A stretch of DNA of 64,000 nucleotides, taken from contig OX597817.1 of assembly GCA_951406725.2 (NCBI GenBank), positions 164,610,001 to 164,674,000 of the forward strand. The letters are read 5' to 3'. Within the stretch, counting starts at the first letter, position 1; each line of letters begins with the position of its first letter. The position numbers and the translations under genes were made by a program. This document shows positions 11,424 through 23,901 of the stretch, piece by piece. The notes under the pieces were generated by a model. That model was not told the DNA's origin. It saw only the letters and a list, made by a program, of their open reading frames with translations, and made no database searches. Source of the DNA: Octopus vulgaris. Its lineage: Eukaryota.

Positions 11424-11739
11424 TAGATGTGGTAGTTTTCTCAGTGTACTGTAGAATTGGCAATATGGTGGTGATACTTGTAGATGTGGTAGTAGATATT
11501 GTAGTAGGTGTTGCAGTATTATCAATGTCCTGTTATATAGGCATTGTTGTAGATGTGGTAGTATGCTCAGTGTTGTACTGTAGTCAATATGATAGTGGAG
11601 CTTGTATCCTCAATAAATGTAATAGTAGGTGTTGCAGTATCATCAATGTTCTCTAGTGTAGGCAGTGTAGTAGTAGTTGCCATAGTAGGTGTGGTAGCAT
11701 GCATAATGCCCTGTTGTTAGTGGTATGGCATATACCATC

Positions 11740-12545
11740 TTGCTGTTAGTTTAACTATACCCAACGAACTGTCATTTAACTCATTAACCTGAAGCTCTTC
11801 ACCAATAGACTCCAATCCCTGGTCTGCACACACAGCATCTCTTCTCTCTGACTTTCCTACTGTTACTAGAATGGCCCTTACTCCTTGTAACTGGCTTGTC
11901 TCAAGCCACTTTGTCTCAAGCACTCCCAACTCACTTGTCTTGGCCCTACTCCTCGGACTCCAATCCAAACCAATAATCCAAGTCCTTCCTCTCCAGAACA
12001 TTAACTGTCTGGAATGACCACCTTGCACAAGTTTCTTATTTCTTTACTGCCCACAAGGGGCTACACACAGAGGGGACAAACGAGGACAGACAAACGGATT
12101 AAGTCAATTATATTGAGCCCATTGCATAACTGGTACTTATTTAATCAACCCTGAAAGGATGAAAGGCAAAGTCAATCTCGGCGGAATTTGAACTCAGAAT
12201 GTAGCGGCAGACAAAATACCACTAAGCATTTTGCCCGGTGTGCTTAAGTTTCTTATATTTTTTTATTGCCCACAAGGGGCTAAACACAGAGGGGACAAAC
12301 AAGGACAGACAAAGGGATTAAGTCGATTACATCGACTCCAGTGTGTAACTGGTACTTAATTTATTAACCCCGAAAGGATGAAAGGCAAAGTCGACCTCGG
12401 TGGAATTTGAACTCAGAACATAGCAGCAGACGAAATACCGCTAAGCATTTTGCCCGGCGTGCTAACGCTTCTGCCAGCTCGCCTTGCACATGTTTCACCT
12501 ACATCCATTGACTTGTAATTGTTCAAGAAGAAAATCTTAATAGTG
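11740..12545 (+). mobile_element. decayed LINE 3' end interrupted by a SINE B dimer
   Basis: SFLSRTLTVWNDHLAHVSPTSIDL*LFKKK across the insertion; SINE B dimer at 12033-12482 (-) with TSD CCTTGCACAwGTTTC. Confidence 0.6.
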
Positions 12546-12974
12546 TCACTCTCTCAGGTCTCAGACTACCTGCAGAAGCAATGAGCATAACTCTTGACTT
12601 CTGACCAAACAAATAAATGTAAAAATTGCACTGTTATCCTGTCTCTTTTACTGTTTCTGTGACCATCTCCCCATTACAACGATCATTTCATTGTTACACT
12701 ACCTCTTTCACTGTTTCATTGACTGGCTCACAGCCATGTCCACTTTGTTCTTACATTGACTATATTACTGATCTTTGAACTGTTGTATTAAATAATTCCT
12801 GTGTTGCTGACCATTTCGCATTCAGAAACATAATTTAACTGGCACACTTCTTTCCATTACTGGTTTCAGTCATTGGACTGTGATCACATTCAAGGAACCA
12901 TAATCAAATGTCACACACTCAGTTCAAGATGAACCTCTACTTTCAGTTTCAATAAAAAACAAAAAAAAAAAAAA

Positions 12975-13369
12975 AGGAGTGGCTGCGCGGTAAGTAGCTT
13001 GCTTACGAACCATATGGTTCTGGGTTCAGTCCCACTGCTTGGCACCTTGGGAAAGTGTCTTCTACTATAGCTTCGGGCCGAACAAAGCCTTGTGAGTGAA
13101 TTTGGTAGCCGGAAACTGAAAGAATCCCATCGTATATATATATATATATATGTGTGTGTGTATATGTTTGTGTGTCTGTGTTTGTCCTCCCAACATCGTT
13201 TGGCAACCAATGCTGGTGTGTTTACATCCCCATAACTTAGCGGTTCGGCAAAAAGAGACTGATAGAATAAGTACTAGGCTTACAAAGAATAAATCCTGGG
13301 GTCGATTTGCCTGACTAAAGGCGGTGCTCCAGCATGGCCACAGTCAAATCACTGAAATAAGTAAAAGAG
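12975..13369 (+). mobile_element. SINE family A
   Basis: Matches the other copies. Confidence 0.9.
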
Positions 13370-13431
13370 CATCATCACTATTTAATGTCTGTTTTCTATG
13401 CTGGCATGGGTTGGATATATATAATATATGT

Positions 13432-15033
13432 ATGGCACCTGTGTCGGTGGCACATAAAAAACACCATCCGAGCGTGGCCGTTCGCCAGCCTCGTCTGGCA
13501 CCTGTGTCGGTGGCACATAAAAAACACCATCCGAGCGTGGCCGTCTGCCAGCCTCGTCTGGCACCTGTGTCGGTGGCACATAAAAAACACCATCCGAGCG
13601 TGGCCGTCTGCCAGCCTCGTCTGGCACCTGTGTCGGTGGCACATAAAAAACACCATCCGAGCGTGGCCGTTTGCCAGCCTCGTCTGGCACCTGTGTCGGT
13701 GGCACATAAAAAACACCATCCAAGCGTGGCCGTTCGCCAGCCTCGTCTGGCACCTGTGTCGGTGGCACATAAAAAACACCATCCGAGCGTGGCCGTCTGC
13801 CAGCCTCGTCTGGCACCTGTGTTGGTGGCACATAAAAAACACCATCCAAGCGTGGCCGTTCGCCAGCCTCGTCTGGCACCTGTGTCGGTGGCACATAAAA
13901 AACACCATCCGAGCGTGGCCGTCTGCCAGCCTCGTCTGGCACCTGTGTTGGTGGCACATAAAAAACACCATCCGAGCGTGGCCGTCTGCCAGCCTCGTCT
14001 GGCACCTGTGTCGGTGGCACATAAAAAACACCATCCGAGCGTGGCCGTTCACCAGCCTTGTCTGGCACCTGTGTCGGTGGCATATAAAAAACACCATCCG
14101 AGCGTGGCCGTCTGCCAGCCTCGTCTGGCACCTGTGTCGGTGGCACATAAAAAACACCATCCGAGCATGGCCGTTCACCAGCCTTGTCTGGCACCTGTGT
14201 CGGTGGCATATAAAAAACACCATCCGAGCATGGCCGTCTGCCAGCCTCGTCTGGCACCTGTGTCGGTGGCACATAAAAAACACCATCCGAGCATGGCCGT
14301 TCACCAGCCTCGTCTGGCACCTGTGTCGGTGGCATATAAAAAACACCATCCGAGCGTGGCCGTTCGCCAGCCTCGTCTGGCACCTGTGTCGGTGGCACAT
14401 AAAAAACACCATCCGAGCGTGGCCGTCTGCCTGCCTCGTCTGGCACCTGTGTCGGTGGCACATAAAAAACACCATCCGAGCGTGGCCGTTCGCCAGCCTC
14501 GTCTGGCACCTGTGTCGGTGGCACATAAAAAACACCATCCGAGCGTGGCCGTCTGCCAGCCTCGTCTGGCACCTGTGTCGGTGGCACATAAAAAACACCA
14601 TCCGAGCATGGCCGTTCACCAGCCTCGTCTGGCACCTGTGTCGGTGGCACATAAAAAACACCATCCGAGCGTGGCCGTCTGCCAGCCTCGTCTGGCACCT
14701 GTGTCGGTGGCACATAAAAAACACCATCCGAGCATGGCCGTTCACCAGCCTCGTCTGGCACCTGTGTCGGTGGCACATAAAAAACACCATCCGAGCGTGG
14801 CCGTCTGCCAGCCTCGTCTGGCACCTGTGTCGGTGGCACATAAAAAACATCCATCCGAGCATGGCCGTTCACCAGCCTCGTCTGGCACCTGTGTCGGTGG
14901 CACATAAAAAACACCATCCGAGCATGGCCGTTCACCAGCCTCGTCTGGCACCTGTGTCGGTGGCACATAAAAAACACCATCCGAGCGTGGCCGTCTGCCA
15001 GCCTCGTCTGGCACCTGTGTCGGTGGCACATAA
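13432..15033 (+). repeat. 63-bp minisatellite, about 25 copies, inside SINE family C
   Basis: Unit TGGCACCTGTGTCGGTGGCACATAAAAAACACCATCCGAGCGTGGCCGT(TC/CT)GCCAGCCTCGTC. Confidence 0.97.
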
Positions 15034-15200
15034 AATCACCCACTACACTCTCGGAGTGGTTGGCGTTAGGAAGGGCATCCAGCTGTAGAAACACTGCCAG
15101 ATCTGACTGGCTTGGTGCAGCCTTCGGGCTTCCCAGACCCCAGTTGAACCGTCCAACGCATGCTAGCATGGAAAGCGGATGTTAAACGATGATGATGATG
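15034..15200 (+). mobile_element. SINE family C core and tail
   Basis: CACCCACTACACTCTCGGAGTGGTTGGCGTTAGGAAGGGCATCCAGCTG...(GAT)n. Confidence 0.9.
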
Positions 15201-15444
15201 TGTGTCTGTATATACATATATAGTCATATTCATTTGTTTCTGCTTGCTTTTATGCTTGTTTTTCCCTGTTAGTATGGGTTATATGAGATGTTATTGAGGC
15301 AACAGCAAAGAGATCTCTTACTCCATATGACTTTGGATGCACAAAGCCAGTAGATGATTTGTTGAGAATCGAAAAATGGCAAGAATATCACCACTTGTAT
15401 GTCAGGAATTTTCAGAAATATCCAAATGCAAACAAACACTATCA

Positions 15445-15446
15445 CA

Positions 15447-15477
<31 letters not shown>

Positions 15478-16045
15478 GCACAAGTACACACACACTCATG
15501 CACAAGTACACACATGCATGCGTGCACATACACACTCACATACATGCACACACACTCATATGTGCACATACACACGCACACACACGTGTGCAAGTACATA
15601 TATGCACACACACATGTGCAAGTACATACAGACACACACACGTGTGAAAGTACATACACACTCATGCACAAGTACACACATGCATGCGTGCACATACACA
15701 CTCACATGCATGCACACACACTCATATGTGCACATACACACACACACACTCACTCACACGTGTGCAAGTACATATATGCACACACACATGTGCAAGTACA
15801 TACAGACACACACACGTGTGAAAGTACATACACACTCATGCACAAGTACACACATGCATGCGTGCACATACACACTCACATACATGCACACACACTCATA
15901 TGTGCACATACACACACACACACACACTCACTCACACGTGTGCAAGTACATATATGCACACACACATGTGCAAGTACATACAGACACACACACACATGTG
16001 AAAGTACATACACACTCATGCACAAGTACACACACACACACCTAT
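15445..16045. repeat. compound (CA)-rich repeat, about 175-bp period, about 3 copies
   Basis: CGTGTGCAAGTACATATATG recurs at about 15585, 15759 and 15936. Confidence 0.85.
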
Positions 16046-16429
16046 ATATACATGTGTGTCGGTGAGTGTGCTTGTGTGTGTGTGTGTGTGCTTGTATGTC
16101 TTCACATTAACATTGTTTAAGTAACAATGCACTTGCTTACAATTCTTGTAAACAATATATGTCACAGCCTCATGGTTTTGAGTGAAAACCAATGGAATAA
16201 AGTAAAGATTGGCAACAGGAAGGGCATCCATCATTAGAACTCTGTCTAAAGTTTTGTTCAACATCCAAAAAGGTGATGTAAAAATGATGATGGAGATGGT
16301 GATGGAAGTGGTGGTGATAATGGTGATAGTGGGGGTAATGATGGTAATAGTATCTGTACTACAGTGATATTTGTGAGTTGTAAATGATTTTCACTGTCAT
16401 ACAAGCAGTGTCATTTGTTTCCACCATGC

Positions 16430-16728
16430 TGTGCCGGTGGCATGTAAAAAGCACCATCCGATGCCAGTGCCGCCTTGACTGGCTTCCTTGCTGGTGGCAC
16501 GTAAAAAGCACCAACCGATCGTGGCCGTTGCCAGCCTCATCTGGCACATAAAAAGCACCCACTACACTCACGGAGTGGTTGGCGTTAGGAAAGGCATCCA
16601 GCTGTAGAAACCCTGCCAGATCAGACTGGAGCCTGGTGCAGCCTTCTGGCTTCCCAGACCCCGGTCAAACTGTCCAACCCATGCTAGCATGGAAAACGGA
16701 CGTTAAACGATGATGATGATGATGATGA
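16430..16728 (+). mobile_element. SINE family C
   Basis: Units, core and (GAT)n tail. Confidence 0.85.
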
Positions 16729-17340
16729 TTTGGCAAAAACAAGTCTGGACATGGGGAAATATTATTTTGCTCGGAAACAGACAAGAGTTGGTAGCTGGAA
16801 GGGCATCTGGTTGTAAAAAAGTCTACCACTATAAACTGTATCAGATCCATGCAAGCATTAAAAAGTGAACATTAAAATGATGATGATGATGATGATGATG
16901 GCTACAAATACTGTCACCAGCAGTTTGATCTCTAAATGTCATCAGGTATCTTGTTGCTGAGGCTGGATTCAAATTAGAACCTTTATGTTTAAAAGGGCAA
17001 TAATGTTATTAACCACTAAGTCACAAACACAAATACAATTATGGCTGCAAATCTGTTATATATTTTTTTTTTGTAAAGGCGGCCATATTGAGCTGATGTC
17101 AGTATAGAACCTACTAGTTGAGTTATTAACAAATTCTTTTATTTTCTTAAAAAAAAAAAAAAATTCCTACCGTGTATCTCTATCAACAATGGAGATTTTA
17201 TTCCATTGCATTTTAATAATCTCATTTCTCATAGCATATACATTTAGCTATTCCTGATTTAGATATTTCTCCACTCATTTAGTCTTTCATTGTTCCTGTT
17301 TTAACATTTAGGAGTCCCTCCTAATAGTTTCTTTTTTAAA

Positions 17341-17660
17341 TCATCATCATCATCATCATCGTTTAACATCTGTTTTCTGTGCTAGCACAGGTTGGACAGT
17401 TCGACTGGGGTTTGGGAAGCCAGGAGGCTGCACCAGGCTCCAGTCTGATCTGGCAGTGTTTCTACAGCTGGATGCCCTTCCTAATGCCAACCACTCCATG
17501 AGTGTAGTGGGTGCTTTTTACGTGCCACCGGCACAGGTGCCTGGGGAGTGCTTTTTACGTGCCACTGGCACAGAAGCCAGTCAAGGTGGCGCTGGCATCG
17601 GTCACGTTTGGACGGTGCTTTTTATGTGCCACCGGCACAGGTATCACAACTACAATTTCC
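17341..17660 (-). mobile_element. SINE family C
   Basis: Inverted relative to the 16430 copy. Confidence 0.85.
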
Positions 17661-17678
17661 ATTTGATATTTATTTTGA

Positions 17679-18398
17679 AATGAAGTTATTGTATACAGTG
17701 CTCAGGTGCACCACAACTTGTCAAAAGTGCATATAAAGCATATGCAGTAATGTACAAATGTCTGGGAAGTGAACAGTGTATGAGTCAGATACATGCTTGC
17801 GTGTGTATGGAGGGGAGAAAATCAGGTGTAGCGTTGGTGAATCTCAGGAAGCATGGAAGTTTTGAAGGATGCAGTGCTCCGACAACTAACAACTGATGCT
17901 GGCAGTTTGTTCCATACTTCAGCAACTCTTAGCGTGAAAAAATGTTTCCGAAAGTCATGGGAGCTGTGCTGTTTTCTGACTTTGTAAACATGTCCACGGG
18001 TGTTAGACAGGTGGAGTTTGAAAAGGTGCTCAGAGTTATTGTTGGTAAGATGGTTAATAATTTTATGGGTGTCTGCCAAGTCAGCTGCCAGATGTCGGAG
18101 TTTCAATGTATCCATGCCCAGGGAAGTAAGGCGTTCAGAATATGGTAAATGTCTGATGGAGGGTATTCTCTTGGTTGCACATCGCTGAACGGCTTCCAGG
18201 CAATTAATATCCTGGGCAAGATAGGGGTTCCAGACCGGTGATGCAAGTTCCAGGTGAGGCCGCACCATAGCTATATAAAGCCTCAGATAGATAGCTAGAG
18301 AGCAGCTCACAAAGGTCTTGGTAAGTGATGCCAAGACACCCTCAGCCTTTTTGGCAATTTTAGCAATGTGTTTTGTCCAACGCAAATCGCTGTCGACA
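17679..18398 (-). mobile_element. 5'-truncated CR1-clade LINE (RT C-terminus and 3' UTR)
   Basis: ORF 18385-17822 LYIAMVRPHLELASPVWNPY..LEAVQRCATK..LPYSERL..FFTLRVAEVWNKLP. Confidence 0.92.
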
Positions 18399-18420
18399 TT
18401 TTATAAGATTTCATTCAATA

Positions 18421-18800
18421 GGCGCAGGAGTGGCTGTGTGGTAAGTAGCTTGCTAACCAACCACATGGTTGCGGGTTCAGTCCCACTGCGTGGCAACTTG
18501 GGCATAGCCCCGGGCCGACCAATGCCTTGTGAGTGAATTTGGTAGATGGAAACTGAAAGAAGCCTGTCGTATATATGTATATATATATATGTGTGTGTGT
18601 CTGTGTTTGTCCCCCTAGCATTGCTTGACAACCGATGCTGGTGTGTTTACGTCCCCGTCACTTAGCGGTTCGGCAAAAGAGACCGATAGAATAAGTACTG
18701 GGCTTACAAAGAATAAGTCCCGGGGTCGATTTGATCGACTAAAGGCGGTGCTCCAGCATGGCCGCAGTCAAATGACTGAAACAAGTAAAAGAGAAAAAGA
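18421..18800 (+). mobile_element. SINE family A
   Basis: Near full-length copy. Confidence 0.9.
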
Positions 18801-18983
18801 GTATGTATTGAATTTCAATGGTGTATTTCTCGCATTGGGTAGGTTTAACTTTGGTTAGGAATCTGCAAAGTGAATGATATGTTTGAACACACTTCCAATG
18901 TCTGATATTTATGACTGTCTGAATTTTCTCAGACAAACTTTTTCAGTAAGGTAGAGACACTGTGGAATTTGGTTTAACCTCTA

Positions 18984-19369
18984 TGGAAGCACTCTGTCGG
19001 TTACGACGATGAGGGTTCCGGTTGATCTGAATCAACGGAACAGCCTGCTCGTGAAATTAACGTGTAAGTGGCTGAGCACTCCACAGACATGTGTACCCCT
19101 AATGTAGTTCTCGGGGATATTCAGCGTGACACAGCGAGTGACAAGGCCGGCCCTTTGAAATACAGGTACAACAGAAACAGGAAGTAAGAGTGAGAGAAAG
19201 TTGTGGTGAAAGAGTACCGCAGGGATCACCACCATCGCCTGCCGGAGCCTCGTGGAGCTTTTAGGTGTTTTTGCTCAATAAACACTCACAACGCCCGGTC
19301 TGGGAATCGAAACCGCGATCCTATGACCGCGAGTCCGCTGCCCTAACCACTGGGCCATTGCGCCTCCAC
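18984..19369 (-). mobile_element. SINE family E1 (tRNA-Arg-like head, possibly octopus OR-type)
   Basis: GTGGAGGCGCAATGGCCCAGTGGTTAGGGCAGCGGACTCGCGG..GGTTTCGATTCCC head; partial copy at 36050-36250. Confidence 0.8.
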
Positions 19370-19371
19370 TT

Positions 19372-19620
19372 TAGTACTATGGACATGTGATTAGAATGAT
19401 GCAGGAAATAATTGCAAGATATATTCTTCAAGCTGAGCCAACCAACAGGGGACCTAGGGATAGACCAAGAATGAGATGGTTGGATAATATACATTGTCTC
19501 AGTTGGTCATGCTTGAGAATCCATACAGAAAGTTGCTTCTGTTAGGACCCTATGGAGGAGGTGCTTAAGGACTCTGCCCCCATGGCCCAGGAATAATAGC
19601 CAGAGCAAATGGATGGCTGG
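19372..19620 (+). mobile_element. RTE-like LINE 3' fragment
   Basis: YYGHVIRM..RGPRDRPRMRWLDNI (GHVxRM..RPRGRPxxRW motif). Confidence 0.75.
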
Positions 19621-19733
19621 AGTAATTTCTTCCGTATAAATTGATTAATTGGTGGTATAAATTGTATTTGCCTGTGTTGTAGGTACTTGACAATTCCTTT
19701 CTTAATACTGTACAGATAATGAGATAATAGGAT

Positions 19734-19923
19734 TGTAGGCAACTGTAGTTAAATCCATGCCCAGCCGTGGGTCATCTGGAGTTATTGACAGGCAGCTCGC
19801 TGCTAACTGCTTTGTCCTTTTATCCCCTTTTCATGAGCGCCACCTCGTTGTTAACGATATGACCAGGGGAGATAACTCCAGATGACCCACGGCCGGGTAT
19901 GTATTTAACTACAGTTACCTACA
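19734..19923. repeat. 52-bp inverted repeat pair (48/52 identical)
   Basis: 19734-19785 versus 19872-19923. Confidence 0.9.
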
Positions 19924-20131
19924 GGATCCAGGGCTGTTGGTTTTCAATTCAGCAACGTTCTGACTCCTGTTTCTGTCTTTTGCATTAGTACATCAAATTG
20001 TAGCAGCACAAGCTGTCAGCACCATATTGGATGAGATCTTGCGGCACTCCGAGACTGGAGTGAGACCTCACCTGCATCCTTTTGCCATGTGCGAGAACAC
20101 AATGAGGCTCGCGATAGAAAACTATATAAAG

Positions 20132-20361
20132 GGCGAGCTGGCAGAAACGTTAGCACACCGGACGAAATGCTTAGTGGTATTTCGTCTGCCATTATGTTCT
20201 GAGTTCAAATTCCGCCGAGGTCAACTTTGCCTTTCATTCTTTCAGGGTCGATAAATTAAGTGCCAGTTACACACTGGGGTCGATGTAATCGACTTAATCC
20301 CTTTGTCTGTCCTTGTTTGTCCCCTCTATGTTTAGCCCCTTGTGGGCAATAAAGAAATAAG
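20132..20361 (+). mobile_element. SINE family B with TSD
   Basis: Full copy flanked by AAACTATATAAAGGG direct repeats. Confidence 0.92.
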
Positions 20362-20702
20362 GAAACTATATAAAGGGAAAACCCTCTTCAAATCTATCTT
20401 TTTGGTGTTCCCTTTTTGTGAACACCACCACTGGCTGGACCTGTCTATCTCCAGAGGCAATGCACCCACACTAACGGAGCTACTACACAATGCATACAGC
20501 TAAAGATGGTAGCTGAGAGCAGCACGCTTCACCTTTCCTGTAAATAAACCAGTTGTAAAATAGCATTTGTACTTGAAGTTTTCTCTCTTCGCCTGCCGAA
20601 AGCCTGAACTACATGAAGAACAAAAAAAAGATGATGGAAGGAGACGATATTCTTCCGATATTGTAAACCTTGCATTCCATTACAAAAAAATAATAAAATA
20701 AT

Positions 20703-21093
20703 AGGAACAGGAGTGGACATGTGGTAAGTAGCTTGTCTACCAACCACATGGTTCCGGGTTCAGTCCCACTGCGTGGCACCTTGGGTAAGTGTCTTCTATA
20801 GCCTCCGACCAAAGCCTTGTGAGTGGATTTGGTAGACGGAAACTGAAAGAAGCCCGTCCTATATATGTATATATATATATATATAAAATGCGTGTGTGTG
20901 TCTGTGTTTGTCCCCTAGCATTGCTTGACAACCGATGCTGGTGTGTTTATGTCCCCGTCACTTAGCGGTTCGGCAAAAGAGACTGACAGAATAAGTACTG
21001 GGCTTACAAAAGAATAAGTCCTGGGGTCGAGTTGCTCGATTAAAGGCGGTGCTCCTGCATGGCCGCAGTCAAATGACTGAAACAAGTAAAAGA
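20703..21093 (+). mobile_element. SINE family A
   Basis: Full copy. Confidence 0.9.
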
Positions 21094-21400
21094 GTTGTTT
21101 GTTAATTTCCTTCCCCCAAAGTAAACTGGCTTGATATATGTAGTGAGTTCAAAGTGGTGTACAAGAATATGGATGTCTTCTTAATACTGGTTTCTATTTT
21201 TGGCACAAGACCAGCAATTTCAGGGGTAGGGGCTTGTTGATTACATTGAGCCAAGTGTTTAACTGATACTTGTTTTATCAATCCCAAAAGGGTGACAGGC
21301 AAAGTCAACCTCAGTAGGATTTGAACTTGGAATGTAAAGTCAGATGAAATGCTGCTATGTATTTTGCCTGGCATGCTAACGTTTCAGCCAGCTCACTGCC

Positions 21401-21628
21401 TTAACCCTTTCATTACCAACCCGGCTGAAACTGGCTCTGGTTTTGAGTACAGATGTCTTGTTTTCATAAGTTTTGAAATAAAATCTTCCATCAAACCTTA
21501 GTCACAATTTATGTTCCTAACACTAGCTTAAAGATAACTAAGTTCTTTTACTAAATTCTTCGTTATATTTAAAGTAATTGAAAGAAACACAGAGTATCCC
21601 AAAATAAATACAGTAATGAAAGGGTTAA
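21401..21628. mobile_element. piggyBac-like MITE P1
   Basis: TTAA-CCCTTTCATTAC...GTAATGAAAGGG-TTAA. Confidence 0.85.
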
Positions 21629-22064
21629 GTGCCTTCTTAATATTGTCACAGTACAAAGGTGTCATCCACATCAACAAGTTCAGAATTTTAGAGCCAAGTT
21701 TTTGGAAGTACTGTATGTAGACGATAATTGTTGATAATGTAAACCCAAAGATATTCCTTTGACATGCTATTAAATTTCAGTTTCAATTTTGAAGTTAGTC
21801 CTTAAACACAGTTTTAACATCTTCACGATATTAACATTTGATATTTTATATATTCATGTAAACTATGGTTTTTTTCCATGCCTGGTTATTTGGCTTATCC
21901 TGAACTAGTTCTACAAACGTTCGACTTATTCAAGAGTGGCTAAATGTAAGAGTTGCATCTGTAACAACCATACATTCTGAGAAATATATCCCTTTCTTTA
22001 GATTATAGGTCTTTAGTTCTGATAGAAAGAAACCATTATTAATATTTGGAGGATACTGTTACTA

Positions 22065-22450
22065 TTTAAATAATAATAATAATAATAATGAAATTATTGT
22101 ATACAGTGCTCAGATGCACCACAACTTGTCAGAAAGTGTATATAAAGTACATGCAGTAATGTAGAAATGTCTGGAAAGCGAACAATGTATGAGTCAGATA
22201 CATGCTTGTATGGAGGGGAGAAAATCAAGTGTAGTGTTGGCGAATCTCTGGAAGCATGGAAGTTTTGAAGGATGCAGTGCTCCGACAACTAACAACTGAT
22301 GCCGGCAGTTTGTTCCACGCTTCAGCAACTCTCAGCGTGAAAAAATGTTTCCTGAAGTCATGGGAGCTGTGCTGTTTTCTGACTTTGTAAATATGTCCAC
22401 GGGTGTTAGATGGGTGGAGTTTGAAAAGGTGCTCAGAGTTATTGTTTGTA
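22065..22450 (-). mobile_element. CR1-like LINE 3' fragment with trinucleotide tail
   Basis: Matches the 17680 copy; (AAT)n on the + strand. Confidence 0.88.
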
Positions 22451-22530
22451 CGATGAGCTAATTATAACAACATTTTCATCAAACATAGATTGAAATTGTA
22501 TCATTAAGTTTCTGTACTTTCTCTTTGCAG

Positions 22531-22629
22531 GCTGATCGTCGTAACAAATCTGCCAACCCAGACGACATAGAATCAGACGGAGCTGGAGACGGCAGCAAAG
22601 ATGACATGGACGACGAGGGGACTGACTAA
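22531..22629 (+). CDS. terminal coding exon ADRRNKSANPDDIESDGAGDGSKDDMDDEGTD*
   Basis: Polypyrimidine acceptor TTTCTCTTTGCAG, GC-rich non-repetitive codons, TAA at 22627-22629, followed by U-rich UTR-like sequence. Confidence 0.75.
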   Translation, partial: ADRRNKSANPDDIESDGAGDGSKDDMDDEGTD

Positions 22630-23901
22630 TCGACCAGTTCCCTGCCATACTTCCATCCACGATGGCAATGTGTCTGATAATGGCAGCAGTAAAACGACAG
22701 GAATATATAATACAGAATGTGTGCGTGCGTGTATGCGATGCAGAAAGAATAACGGTCATGAGAAAAGAAATATAATATTGATAAAATATGGAGCTGAGGA
22801 GCAAGGGAGACAACTAGTAAAATTAAATATCACTATTTTGTGCAGATTTGGGGTAAAAAATGTTTTACTTTAGATAATGGGATTCTTTTTCAGTTCTTAT
22901 AAATATAGCATAATTTATTCCAGCTGTAACTATTTTGTCTTTTCCATAGACACCGTACACCTAGGACAACATTATCCAAAGCATCTTTCTTTTCGTAGAT
23001 GCTAGGATAGGAATTATAAGAAATGTTCTTGCTGTTTCTAGCAGCTATTGCTAATGTTTAATGTAATGTTACTCTATGTGCGCCTAATTTATTCCTACTA
23101 TATGATGTGTATATGTAAAATATTGTTACTATATGTGTATGTAATGTATTAATGCGTGTGTGTGTAATTATTCCTGTGCATTTTCCAAAGTCAAATGTTG
23201 CAAAAAATATATTTAAATTTATAATCAAAACAGTGCATTTCCTCAAAATTCTTATTATCCTTGTGATGTTGTATTAGCTAACTCTTATCATACTAACTGC
23301 TGGACTCCATAATCCATAAATTGTGTTGCCCGAAATTCACGCTTTCACAAATCATAAATCTTATCATTCATCACTCATGACTGATTACATTTTAGTTGAT
23401 ATGAACCAGTTTTCTTATGTAACTCCTTTAGACTTGTTACCAAGTAACTCGGTTCAAACTGAAGAGCAGAAGATTTGTTGTTTTATGTAGTGGTTGTAGT
23501 AGTAGTAGTAGTAGTAGCTTTTTGAAGGAATACATTTTGCAGTTGTTGTAGTGTACTGCCGTTGCTTTAGTTCCCATGTTTGTAAGCAGTTTCAGGTTTC
23601 TCTTGATGAAAGCTCAACTATATTACAAACTGGTGCCAATACATATTTAGTCTAACAGACAATTTTTAGTTCAAATTATGTACTGAAAAGCTTATTAATT
23701 TTTATTAGTGTGTTGAGTTTTATAGTTGTTGCTATTCTCTTGGAGCTATTTAAACCCTCATGTGTGACAACCTTTCTTCAGTTATCTCAAGAATCAATCA
23801 AACCCAAATGTGTTCTGAAAACCATGATTATAACGACCTATATTATTTTCAGTAACAGTCAGACAAAATACATTTCATAATTGGAACAAATTTTAAAGCA
23901 A

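Noticed and set aside
13432-15033. CRISPR-like array
   Set aside because: No unique spacers, no cas genes, eukaryotic context.
13324-15169. 488-595 aa ORFs on both strands
   Set aside because: Artefact of a stop-free 63-bp (21-codon) repeat inside a SINE; open in several frames at once.
15359-16120. His/Thr-rich ORFs
   Set aside because: Translation of CA microsatellite.
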